Below the pieces are notes generated by a model. It did not search any database. It was given only the letters and a program-made list of their open reading frames with translations, and was not told the DNA's origin. Positions 1 to 12,649 of a stretch of 64,000 nucleotides of DNA are shown here, piece by piece. Each line of letters starts with the position of its first letter. The stretch's first letter is position 1. Both the position numbers and the translations under genes were made by a program. Origin of the DNA: Octopus vulgaris (Eukaryota); NCBI GenBank assembly GCA_951406725.2, contig OX597831.1:75454001-75518000 (forward strand), given 5' to 3'.

Positions 1-126
1 TATATATGGGTGTGTGTGATTGTGTATAGAAGAATATATTAATAAAAAGAATTCCAACCTTGTCTGTATATATATATGTATATATATATGTATATATATA
101 TATGTATATATATATATGTATATATA

Positions 127-828
127 TGCAGACGGCTAGCTGGATGGATTCTCCGAACTTTCAGAACAAGAGAGAAGGAGACACTGATGGTCCTATGGAA
201 AACATTTGTCCTCAGCCGCTTGGACTACTGCTCCCAACTTTGGTCACCACACAATATAAAACAAACAGCAGAACTCGAAGCAACTCAGAGAAGCTACACA
301 AAGAAAATCGTCTCAATGCAAAATGTCAGCTACTGGGAAAGACTGAAGGTATTAAACCTCTTCTCCCTGGAGCGGAGGCGGGAGAGATATGCAGTAATAT
401 ACATCTGGAAAATCCTGGAGGGTCTTGTCCCAAACTTTGGCATTCAAAGTTACTCCAACCGCAGAACGGGCGCCGCTGCGTGGTGCCAAGGATTCCAACA
501 TCACCATCAAAATACAGGTCCAGATACTGCAACAGCTTGGGTTTCAGAGGACCACAGCTTTTCAACATCCTCCCTAAATGCCTGAGAGACTTACATGGTG
601 TGGATGTGGGTTTCTTTAAAACTAAACTGGATCTCTTCTTGTTGGGAGTCCCAGATGAACCTACCTCACGACAGGAGACACGGATGCGGGCAGCAGCATC
701 GAACTCCCTTGTTGATCAAGTGCCACGTATCAGAGGTGGATTCACAAACTAGTGTGGCTCATTCAGCGGTGGTGCCCCAGCATGGCCTCGGCCTTCGGGC
801 TAAAACATTTTTAAGGATTTAAGGATTT
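127..828 (+). mobile_element. 5'-truncated CR1-clade LINE (RT C-terminal region, 3'UTR and (TTTAAGGA)n-type tail)
   Basis: ORF 76..585 encodes ...FVLSRLDYCSQLWSP...YWERLKVLNLFSLERRRER..., typical of the CR1 RT C-terminus. It continues after a frameshift as ...GPQLFNILP...FKTKLDLFL...PDEP and ends in a short tandem tail. Confidence 0.85.
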
Positions 829-1003
829 ATATGTATATATATGTATGTATATATATATGTATATGTATATGTATGTATATATATGTATGTATATGTATAT
901 GTATATGTATGTATATATATGTATATATATGTATATGTATATATATGTATATGTATATATATGTATATATATATGTATATGTATATATATGTATATATAT
1001 ATG

Positions 1004-1034
<31 letters not shown>

Positions 1035-1256
1035 GTATATATATATGTATATATATATATGTATATATATATGTATATATATATATATGTATATATATAT
1101 ATGTATATATATATGTATATATATATGTATATATATGTATATATATATGTATATATATGTATATATATATATGTATATATATGTATATATATATATGTAT
1201 TGATTGATTCTAGTTTCAGCTTATGAGCTGTGGCCATGCTGGGGCACCGCCATTTT

Positions 1257-1288
<32 letters not shown>

Positions 1289-1319
1289 GTATATATGTAT
1301 ATATGTATATACTTTGATA

Positions 1320-1858
<539 letters not shown>

Positions 1859-1873
1859 GTATATATGTATATA

Positions 1874-1943
<70 letters not shown>

Positions 1944-2025
1944 GTATATATATATGTATATATATATGTATGTATATATATATATGTATATATATGTATG
2001 TATTATATATATGTATATATATATG

Positions 2026-2086
<61 letters not shown>

Positions 2087-2114
2087 GTATAATATATGTA
2101 TATATATATATATG

Positions 2115-2152
<38 letters not shown>

Positions 2153-2343
2153 TATGAATATATATATATGTATATATATATAAATATATATATGTATATA
2201 TATATAATATATATATATGTATATATATATACATGTATATGTATGTATGTATATATATATAAATGTATATGTATGTATGTATATATATATAAATGTATAT
2301 GTATGTATATGTATATATATATATATACACATGTATATGTATG

Positions 2344-2382
<39 letters not shown>

Positions 2383-2490
2383 ATGTATATATATATATAT
2401 GTATGTATATGTATATATATATATATATATATGTATGTATATATATATATATACATGTATATGTATGTATGTATATATATATATATATAT

Positions 2491-2713
2491 AAACAATTGC
2501 AGCGTGGAAGGTGTTTGTAAGCCATTTAAGAAACACACAAAAAGCCGTTCGATTCACTTCAACATTTAAGTTTAATTTGTCAAAATATTTTCATCGCTTT
2601 AAGGTCGTCAGTGAAAATATTTTGACAAATTAAACTTAAATGTTGAAGTGAATCGAACGGCTTTTGTGTGTTTCTTAAATGGCTTACAAACACCTTCCAC
2701 GCTGCAATTGTTT
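2491..2713. repeat. Fold-back inverted repeat (~100-bp arms, ~18-nt loop), probable Penelope-like element terminus in (TA)n
   Basis: 2491-2593 is the reverse complement of 2612-2713 apart from one indel. Confidence 0.8.
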
Positions 2714-2764
2714 TCGTTTCAGCACACGATCTCAGATCAAATCACTTGCTATGCGAGTACATCT

Positions 2765-2825
<61 letters not shown>

Positions 2826-3068
2826 ATGTATGTATGTATGTATGTATGTATATATATATATACATGTATGTGTATGTATGTATGTATGTATGTATATATA
2901 TATATACATGTATATATATATATACATGTATATGTATGTATGTATGTATGTATATATATATATATACATGTATATGTATGTATGTATGTATGTATATATA
3001 TATATACATGTATATGTATGTATGTATGTATGTATGTATATATATATATACATGTATATGTATGTATG

Positions 3069-3107
<39 letters not shown>

Positions 3108-3127
3108 ATGTATGTATGTATGTATGT

Positions 3128-3159
<32 letters not shown>

Positions 3160-3407
3160 ATGTATGTATGTATGTATATATATATATATATATATATGGC
3201 TTAAGTTTTTCATTGTATGATTTGCCTAATAGTGGTTTTATCTTTAATTTAATATAATATATATATATCATCATCATCATCATCGTTTAACGTCCGTTTT
3301 CCGCGCTAGCACGGGTTGGACGGTTTGACCGGGGTCTGGGGAGCCAGGGGCTGCCCCAGGCTCCAGTCTGGTCTGGAAGTGTTTCTACAGCTGGCGCACC
3401 GCGAATA

Positions 3408-3444
<37 letters not shown>

Positions 3445-3573
3445 TAAAAGGAATTCCAACCTTGTCTGATTTTCACGTTTTATTTACAATCTTATAATGA
3501 TATATTATAAGATAATATATTATAATTGAATAAAATAAAATGAAATAGTAGAATGTTAAATGTTCATTCTGAT

Positions 3574-3618
3574 TGAACTAGTACTTTCATGCATTGAATT
3601 CTGCAATCTTCGGGTTCA
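3574..3618 (-). ncRNA. Minimal type I hammerhead ribozyme motif (C4 variant), Penelope-associated
   Basis: Minus strand: TGAAC-CCGAAGA-T-TGCA(gaattcaa)TGCA-T-GAAA-GTAC-TA-GTTCA; stems I and II pair and stem III is palindromic. Confidence 0.6.
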
Positions 3619-3749
3619 TGTAGTAGTGGTGACAGTCATGCTTCACAATTTTTGTATATGTATGTATGTATGTATCTATATATATATATATATTATATTA
3701 AATTAGAGATAAAACCACTATTAGGCAAATCATACAATGAAAAACTTAA

Positions 3750-3799
<50 letters not shown>

Positions 3800-3874
3800 A
3801 TGTATGTATATATATATATATATATATACATGTATATGTATGTATATATATATATATATATATACATGTATATG

Positions 3875-3921
<47 letters not shown>

Positions 3922-4811
3922 ATGTATGTATATATATATATATATATATGTATATGTATGTATATGTATGTATATATATATGTATATGTATGTATGTATA
4001 TATATATGTATATGTATGTATATATATATATATATATATACATGTATATGTATATATATATATACATATGTATATATATATATACATATGTATGTATATA
4101 TATATATACATGTATGTATATATACATGTATGTATATATATATATACATGTATGTATATATATATATATATATACATATACATGTATATATATATATATA
4201 TACATGTATATGTATGTATATATATATACATGTATGTATATATATATATATACATGTATGTATATATATATATATACATGTATATGTATATATATATATA
4301 CATGTATATGTATGTATATATATATATATACATGTATATGTATGTATATATATATATATATATACATGTATATGTATGTATATATATATATATACATGTA
4401 TATGTATGTGCATATAAATATATATATATACATGTATATGTATATACATATATATATATAAATATATATATACATGTATATGTATATACATATATATATA
4501 TATATATATACATACATATACATGTATATATATATACATACATACCTATACATGTGTATATCATCATCATCATCATCATCGTTTAACGTCCGTTTTCCAT
4601 GCTAGCATGGGTTGGACGGTTCAACTGGGGTCTGGCAAGCCCGAAGGCTGCACCAGGCCAGTCAGATATGGCAGTGTTTCTACAGCTGGATGCCCTTCCT
4701 AACGCTAGGATATATACATGTATATATATATATATATACATATACGTACATATACATATATATATATATATACATACATACATATGTATATATATATATA
4801 TATATATACAT

Positions 4812-4852
<41 letters not shown>

Positions 4853-5179
4853 CATATACATGTATATATATATATATATACATACATATACATGTATATA
4901 TATATATATATACATACATATACATGTATATATATATACATATACATGTATATATATATACATATACATGTATATATATATATATGTATATATATATACA
5001 TATACATGTATATACATGTATATATATATACATATACATGTATATATATATATATGTATATATATATACATATACATGTATATACATGTATATATATAAA
5101 TATATATATGTATATATATATACATATACATGTATATACATGTATATATATAAACATATACATGTATATATATAAACAT

Positions 5180-5210
<31 letters not shown>

Positions 5211-5478
5211 CATATATATACACATATACATGTATATATATACATATATATACACATATACATGTATATATATACATATATATACACATATACATGTATA
5301 TATATATATATATACATACATACATGTATATGTATGTATGGATATATATATATATACATATATACATACATACATGTATATGTATGTATGGATATATATA
5401 TATATACATATATACATACATACATGTATATGTATGTATGGATATATATATATATATATACATACATACATGTATATG

Positions 5479-5525
<47 letters not shown>

Positions 5526-5620
5526 CATACATGTATATGTATGTATGTATGGATATATATATATATATACATATATATACGAAAGAAGGTTTGAAAATGC
5601 AATTTTAAAAGATGTTTATT

Positions 5621-5663
5621 TACTTTACCGGTTTCACTCTTTGGAAAAAGATTGTCAAAAGTA
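5621..5663 (-). ncRNA. Minimal hammerhead ribozyme motif (U3-A8 variant)
   Basis: Minus strand: TACTT-TTGACAA-TCTTT(ttcc)AAAGA-GT-GAAAC-CG-GTA-AAGTA. Confidence 0.55.
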
Positions 5664-5945
5664 ACATGTAGAAGTTTGGTTGCGTTAATTATTGGTTGTT
5701 ACAAATTGCTACATTACATATATACAGTCTTTGGTAACAGGGACATGTTAAGGACATAAAAAAGTTTAGCAAGTTCCTTAAAATATTGGGCACAAAAGAT
5801 TACTACATAATTAATCATTCTTAAGAACATGCTTAAGGTAGTTTCCAGAAGGAATTATTAAACAGTTCAGTGGGTTATTGGTATTGGTATTGTATCTGTA
5901 TATTCAAACACGCACAGAATATTGGTTGACACAGAGTTCTACAAT

Positions 5946-5983
<38 letters not shown>

Positions 5984-6289
5984 TTTGGTCACAGGAGTAT
6001 GTTGAAATCATAAAAAAGTTTAACAAGTTCATTGAAATATTGGGCACAAAAGATTACAACAAATATATTATACATTCTCAAGATAATTTCCAGAAGGAAT
6101 TATTAGAAAGTCAGTAGTGCAAGCTACACCCACTGAAAATTATTAATCTGCACAGGTACTTCCTGTACTCCAAATCTTAGTAAAATCATTCAATTGGTTG
6201 GTTGACAGAAATCTAAAAATGCACTTGTAACCTACTCTAAAATGTCTCAAACAGATTCAGTAAATGACAAAAAAGGCTTGGGAATGTCA

Positions 6290-8318
6290 GGGGAACAGGT
6301 CTGGCTTGGCGTACTGCATGTATGGGAGCTCAAGAAATATTCCCTTAATATAGTTGCGCTCTCTGAAACTCGTGTCTCAGGTGAGGCTCGAGTAAATGAA
6401 CCGACTTGTGGTTATACTATCTTTTGGAGAGGCCTACCTAAGGGTCAGCGTAGAGAATCTGGTGTTGGGTTTGCTCTCAAGAATACATTAGTATCTTCCA
6501 TTGCAGAGCTTCCAAGTGGTGCATCTGAACAGATCACGTCATGCCGTATTAAACTGACAGTATTTATGCACCAACAGTGTCCCATTCTGAGGAAACTATG
6601 ACAGTTTTATGATGATCTAGCACAATTTTTGAGGAAAGTACCAATTTCTGACAAGCTGGTCATATTGGGAGATTTCAGTGCAACAGTTGGAAAGGACTAT
6701 GTTTCATGACCTGTTTTAGGTCGAATTGGATAATGTAATAAAAATGGAATAGCACTTTTGATGTTTGGTACTGAGAATAATCTGGTTGTCACCAACACTC
6801 TATTTAAGCAGAAAAATAGATATGAAACCACCTGGATGCACCCAAGGTCTAAGCACTGGCATCTCATAGATTATATGCTGATCAGAAAACGTGATATGAA
6901 AGACGTTTCTAGCGTTTGGGCCATGAGAGGGACAGAGAGCTGGACTGACCATCATCTAGTTTATGGAAAAATAGATTTTTCAATCATGCCTAAAATTCAA
7001 CAGTCTGGTCCTAAGGTGCCTAAAAAGTTAAATGTTGCAAACTTTGAATTATCAAGCAACTTACAAAGATTCCACGAGGCTATAGAAAGTATCAATCTTA
7101 ACCCAAACAATTTATGGGAAGATTTCAAAACAAAAGTATTTCAGGCTGCAAGTTTGTCAGTGGGATTTAAATCAAATAAGTCCAGTGACTGGTTCTCAGA
7201 TCAGCAGAAATTCATGATCTACTTTTAGAAAAACAAAACTTAGGCAATACACTTCTTTCTCAGTCCTTGAACCCCAACTCAAATGAAGCTTACAAAAAGC
7301 TGAAAAGAAAAGTGCAGACTGCTCTAAGGAAAATTAAACAGGAATGGTGGAATGATAGAGCAAAAGGGGCACAAGAAGCAGATGATAGAAATGATGCCAA
7401 GGGTGTGTACTCTTATGTTTAGGAGGTATATGGTCCCCAAATGTTCAATAGCTCCAGTGAGAATAGCAAATGGTCATTTGTTCCCAACTGACACTGCTTC
7501 TATTCTTAAGTGCTGAGTAGAACATTTTTCTGCACTTCTAAATTGACCATTATCCGCTGACATGAGGAAGATAGAAAAAAATTGAACACCTTCTAGTTTT
7601 AGATGGCTTTTGAACCAACCCTAAATGACATTTATTTAGCTGTGAATAAGCTAAATAAGAATAAGTCTCCAGGGTCTGATGGAATCTGTGCAGAGGTCTT
7701 GAAATATGGGGGTGACAAAATGTTTGAACTCTTAAATATATTAATTTATCACTGTTGGGGAACTGAGAAAGTGCCTCAAGACTGGATTGATGCCATTTTA
7801 GCCTCCTTCTATAAATCGAGGCCAAAGGATCTGTGTAGTAATTTTCGTGGGATTTCGCTTTTGTCTGTGGTTGGAAAGGTACTTGCCCGCATTTTGTTAG
7901 AACATTTAAATACCTTCATAGTTCCAAATATAATGTCTGAGTCTCAGTTTGGTTTTCGTTCCTCCAGGGGCACAGCTGATTGCATCTTTACTATCAGACA
8001 ATTACAAGGAAAGCGCATTGAACAGAATCTTGCTGTATACCATTGCTTTGTTAATTTGATAAAAGCATTCAATACTGTTAATCAACATGTTCTGTTGCTA
8101 ATTCTAAGGAAAATTGGTTGCCCAGAAAAATTTGTAAAATGATCAGAGTTTTGCATCAAGATATGAAAACTAGAGTTAACTTTAGTGGTAGGGTCTCTGA
8201 AACTTTTGCTATGGAAAATGGAGTAAGGCAAGGCGACCTTGATGCACCCACCCTCTTTGCAATATACTTTGCTGATGTGTTGTCACATGCTTTTCAAAAC
8301 TCTGAGGTGGGTATTGAC
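6290..8318 (+). mobile_element. Degenerate RTE-clade LINE (APE endonuclease + partial RT) with stops and frameshifts
   Basis: ORFs 6242, 6758, 7603 and 8118 give IVALSETR, GVGF, TWMHPRSKHWHLIDY, WTDH, KSPGSDGI, NFRGISLLS, ESQFGFR and GVRQG motifs. Confidence 0.85.
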
Positions 8319-8441
8319 AATTTATTGGCAAAAGAGACTGATAGTACTAGACTTACAAAGAATAAGTCCTGGGGTTGATTTGCTTGACGAAAGGCGGTGC
8401 TCCAGCATGGCCACAGTCACATGACTGAACCAAGTAAAAGA

Positions 8442-8479
<38 letters not shown>

Positions 8480-8715
8480 AGTTCGAGGGGTTTAATACCT
8501 CTAAGGGATAATTAAATCCAGAGTCGCTCCTAGCTGTTAGCTGGGTAGGTACAGTCTTTTGTAGGGTTGTACGGTAGCAAGTGATTCGGTTGGTAGACCG
8601 GAATTTAAGTTATATAAGAGAAGAAAATGGATATAATAACAATGGGAAACTTGTGGTTTATGCTAGGATGTCTTTAATTATATAGGTAACAAAGAAGGCT
8701 GCTTCTTCCTTCTTT

Positions 8716-9290
8716 GATGGGTGGCAGGTCCACTGCATATATAAAATATGTCCACTGCCAGCCGGTTCCAGTTGTGGTCTACTGGAATACTTCCCACCTC
8801 ATGTACGCCCGGAGCAGGGTCAATGGACTGGCACCTCTCACAGCTGCTAACCACTCTGCATGCTCCGTTTTGTTACATCGGAGTCGACTTTCCTGGCTAG
8901 GAACATCTTGTCCATCCCCATGTGATGTATGGTATGCAATCTCCGCAACTCTGAGTCACTCAGATGGCATACTGCAGCCACAGCCTGCTCTGCATCCTCT
9001 GGCACCTGCAACCAGGCTCGCTTTACCCTGGTCAGGACGTCTGCCCTGTTCTTCTCAGAAGGCACAAAGATCACACTCAGCTTCAGATCGAACTCAGCAG
9101 TTAGTTCATGCAGAATTCCCAGTGGAAGCTTTACCAACATCTCTGTGGCCCCTTTGGTCCGCACCCTCCGCTCATTGGTGATGACTGCTGTCAACCAACC
9201 AAGTACAGTGGCCGAATCAGTCCTGATTTCTATGGTGCGCAGCCCTCACTTCAAGGTTAGGTTCACCCCCTTCAACATGGGCTGTGATGA
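8716..9290 (-). mobile_element. Gypsy-type LTR retrotransposon pol fragment (RNase H C-terminus and integrase Zn-binding start)
   Basis: ORF 8847..9194: ...FVPSEKNRADVLTR...LHTIHHMG...; no LTR pair recognised. Confidence 0.6.
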
Positions 9291-9575
9291 GCTATGTGGT
9301 GTTGGTGGAGAGGATTGCAGATGGGGTAAACGGAAGTGAAGGATGCAGGAGCCAGTGGAAGAGCCACAGGGGCATGCACAGGCAGAAAGCACATGGGGCA
9401 GTTCAATGAGTGAGGGTGAGTGTGGAAGGACATGTTTTTCTTGACATTGATCGCTCATCCCACCTCAGTCAATAGGTTTCTGTATTTCTTTCTCCCTTTT
9501 GCTTCTTTTTCTGTTGTCTTTTTCTTTCATCACACAATAAGTTGGTTGGATTCACAACCTCTAACTCTCTTGGAA

Positions 9576-9613
<38 letters not shown>

Positions 9614-9974
9614 GGAGACATCTGCTTATTAATTATGATTAGGTATGTAAAAATTAATAAAAGTACTAAAAGAAAGCAATTATTAAAGGGTTGGCTGTCT
9701 GGAAATATTTTCATAAATTCGTGTTCTAAGAAATTCCCTATAATTTCCATTTCTTACGGTTATTGAATTTTTTAAACTCCAATTTCTCGTAAATTTAAAT
9801 ATTCATTGCATTCACTGCGGAGTATACCATTTTCAATTTCTGTCACTTTCCCTTTTAAGTTTTAATTCACTATTTGAAAAACTGATAATGTATACGTAAT
9901 GTAAAACTATTATTTATTGAATGAAAATGTTTAAAAATACCCGTATATTTTTTTAACGCGTATCCGACTCGTGG

Positions 9975-10265
9975 CCGATGCCAGCACCGCCTCGACTGGC
10001 TTCCGTGCCGGTGGCACATAAAATACACCAATCTGACCGTGGCCGTTGCCAGCCCCGCCTGGCACCTGTGCAGGTGGCACGTAAAAAGCACCCACTACAC
10101 TCACGGAGTGGTTGGCGTTAGGAAGGGCATCCAGCTGTAGAAACATTGCCAGATTAGACTGGAGCCTGGTGCAGCCTTCTGGCTTCCCAGAACCCCGGTC
10201 GAACCGTCCAACCCATGTTAGCATGGAGAACGGACGTTAAACGACGATGATGATGATGATGATGA
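9975..10265 (+). mobile_element. 5'-truncated copy of the RTE 3'UTR/tail ending GGACGTTAAAC(GAT)n
   Basis: Matches the 3' end of the large RTE at 54666-58330. Further copies at ~3268, 4560, 35757, 36295, 41661-42255, 47880, 52180, 52779, 58331 and 59272. Confidence 0.8.
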
Positions 10266-11226
10266 TAGCTGTGAGAAGAGCCTAGAAAATTGGGTAATTA
10301 GTATTAGAAGATGAGGAGCAAAACGTGTTACTGACAAGTACCCGAAACTTGTACCTTCTTCATGGTTTCCAAACATTCTATACCATTAAGCCAATATATT
10401 CACAAAGCCGTGGGAACGTGCATTTGTAAGTGCAAGTACATCAGGTTTACAAGGCTGTGCTCCACTAGTTTTTCTATGCCCTTGAACATCCCGTAAAGTA
10501 AGTTAGCTTAAAATTAGTTAATTAGTTCAATATATATATTGCAACATACCTCCAAACATTTGATCATATATAAATATTACCATGGTTCTTAAAAGTATAC
10601 AAAAAGCACAAAAGGTAAATATACTATATATTTTCATCAAAAATCGCCCTAAAGTTGATTTCCTACATGTTTTATCAGTTAAACTTAGTATTGTCCCAGG
10701 TACGTTCTCATAAATTCATCATGCTTTTCCATCTAGATTTACCTCCAGTTAACCCATTTGCATGCATCGTTTTTCTCCTGTTTGTCTTCCGTCAACCTGT
10801 ACATAACTGCACCTTCCATTTTCTGTTGTTTTTGTCCTGCTTAAAGGCACGTTTCTTTCCAGCCAAGCTTACTGTTTAAACCATGTTTGTGTTCTCCCAG
10901 TCAACAGCCTTATCATTACTGGTACTTTAAACTCTTCGGTTGCATATTTGTGTGAATAAAATCGTTTTTCTTGGGAATAGAAAAAAAAGTCTATCTTTAT
11001 TTCTTCTTTTGCTGGTGTCTCAAATTTAGGTTAAATCAGTGTTTCTCAAAGGGGAGGCCTATGGGACAGTCGGACAAGTTGTTTTGAGAAAATTTGGTTT
11101 AAATGTTTGACAACTCAGCACCGTCCATTGGACGGGGGGGGGGGGCGTTTTGCTCGTACACACACACACATATATTGTTGTATTTAGAAATGGTCATTTT
11201 GCCAGTTTAGCCAATAAAAACACACG

Positions 11227-11880
11227 GGATCTTTTCCTTTTGAACGGCAGTTTGTAACATAATTTCTAGGTAACTAAAAAGTTTTAAACTTCGTATACTG
11301 GTAGAATGTGTTTATAAAACATCATTTTCTCTTGGTTTTATTGAAAAAATTCTATGGTTTGTAAGATATTTCGTCTGAAAATCTGAGCATTTCGGCAATT
11401 TTAGCCAATCGATTACCTCGATTCAACTAAAATCATTTGCTGCGTCTAAAACTGAGACAACATTCTGTAACTAACCCTAACCCTAAATTTTTTTTCTTGA
11501 TTGTTAAATTAATTTAATTGTTACACGTGTAAAAAAAAAAACTAAAGCAATGGAAAATAATTTAAACAATTAACAAACAAAATAATTCTATAAGGGAAGG
11601 GTACCTCTTTTTTTCTTTGCAAATGTAAATAAACCCAATCTGTTTCTTAAACAAGGGACATATTCATACAGCACGGTATGTTTTGACTCCAAATGGACGT
11701 ATTTGATTGGTTAAAATTGCCGAAATGCTCGATTTTTAAGTGGAAATATGTTACAAACTATAGAATTTTCTCAATAAAGCCAAGAAAAAATGATGTTTTA
11801 TAAACACATTCTACCAGTATACGAAGTTTTAAAGTGTTTAGTTAACTAGAAATTGTCTGCCGTTCAAAAGGAAAATATCC
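11227..11880. mobile_element. MITE-like element with long terminal inverted repeats, lying between a second pair of inverted repeats (~11177-11226 and ~11965-12025)
   Basis: GGATCTTTTCCTTTTGAACGGCAG... at 11227 versus ...CTGCCGTTCAAAAGGAAAATATCC ending at 11880; the arms extend >150 bp. Confidence 0.7.
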
Positions 11881-12066
11881 AACACATGCACTATATATTT
11901 GGCCGAAATAAGATTTAGATTAATGTCCAAAATAAATAACGCTGAAGCAAAGTAACACCAAATATATAGTGTGTGTGTTTTTATTGGCTAAACTGACAAA
12001 ATGACCATTCCTAAATGCAATATCTGTTTCAACACACGATTTCACTTCAAAAATCTTGCAAAACAA

Positions 12067-12110
<44 letters not shown>

Positions 12111-12151
12111 ATTGATCATAGAACAAACATCAAATTCGTGTCAACGACTTC

Positions 12152-12606
12152 ATATATATTGCAACATACCTCCAAACATTTGATCATATATAAGTATTAC
12201 CATGGTTCTTAAAAGTATACAAAAAGCACAAAAGGTAAAAAATATATATGTGAATAAAAATGCAGATATTAGAACGGCCTATCAAGAAGCTATATACAAT
12301 TGACTAAAAATCTAAATAAAATAAAATACCAATTGACTAAAAACTTTTATTTGTTACTCCCCTCAAACAAAAAAGTTTCTTTCATAAAAACCATGGTAGG
12401 TCGGTCCAACCTTTATTTTATTTAGATTTTTAGTCGCATGACACGTTTTAGAATTTTTAGTCAATTGTTTATACCTTCTGGATAGGCCGTTCTAATATCT
12501 GTATTTTTATTTGAATATATATTTTTTTACCTTCTGTGTTTTTTTGTATACTTTATATGTTTAAGAACTATGGTAATATTTATATATGACCAGATGTTTG
12601 GAGGTA
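12152..12606. mobile_element. MITE-like palindromic element; one arm is repeated at ~10531-10620
   Basis: ACCTCCAAACATTTGATCATATATA...GTATACAAAAAGCAC on the left mirrors ...TTTTTGTATAC...ATGTTTGGAGGT on the right. Confidence 0.65.
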
Positions 12607-12610
12607 AGAT

Positions 12611-12649
<39 letters not shown>

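Noticed and set aside
10690-10930. Possible minus-strand host exon
   Set aside because: The frames I checked contain stops, and the peptides (KKRAFK, GEKRCMQM) resemble a decayed RTE linker region.
11468-11486. Telomeric (TAACCC)n
   Set aside because: Only about two units, inside a MITE; not an interstitial telomere array.
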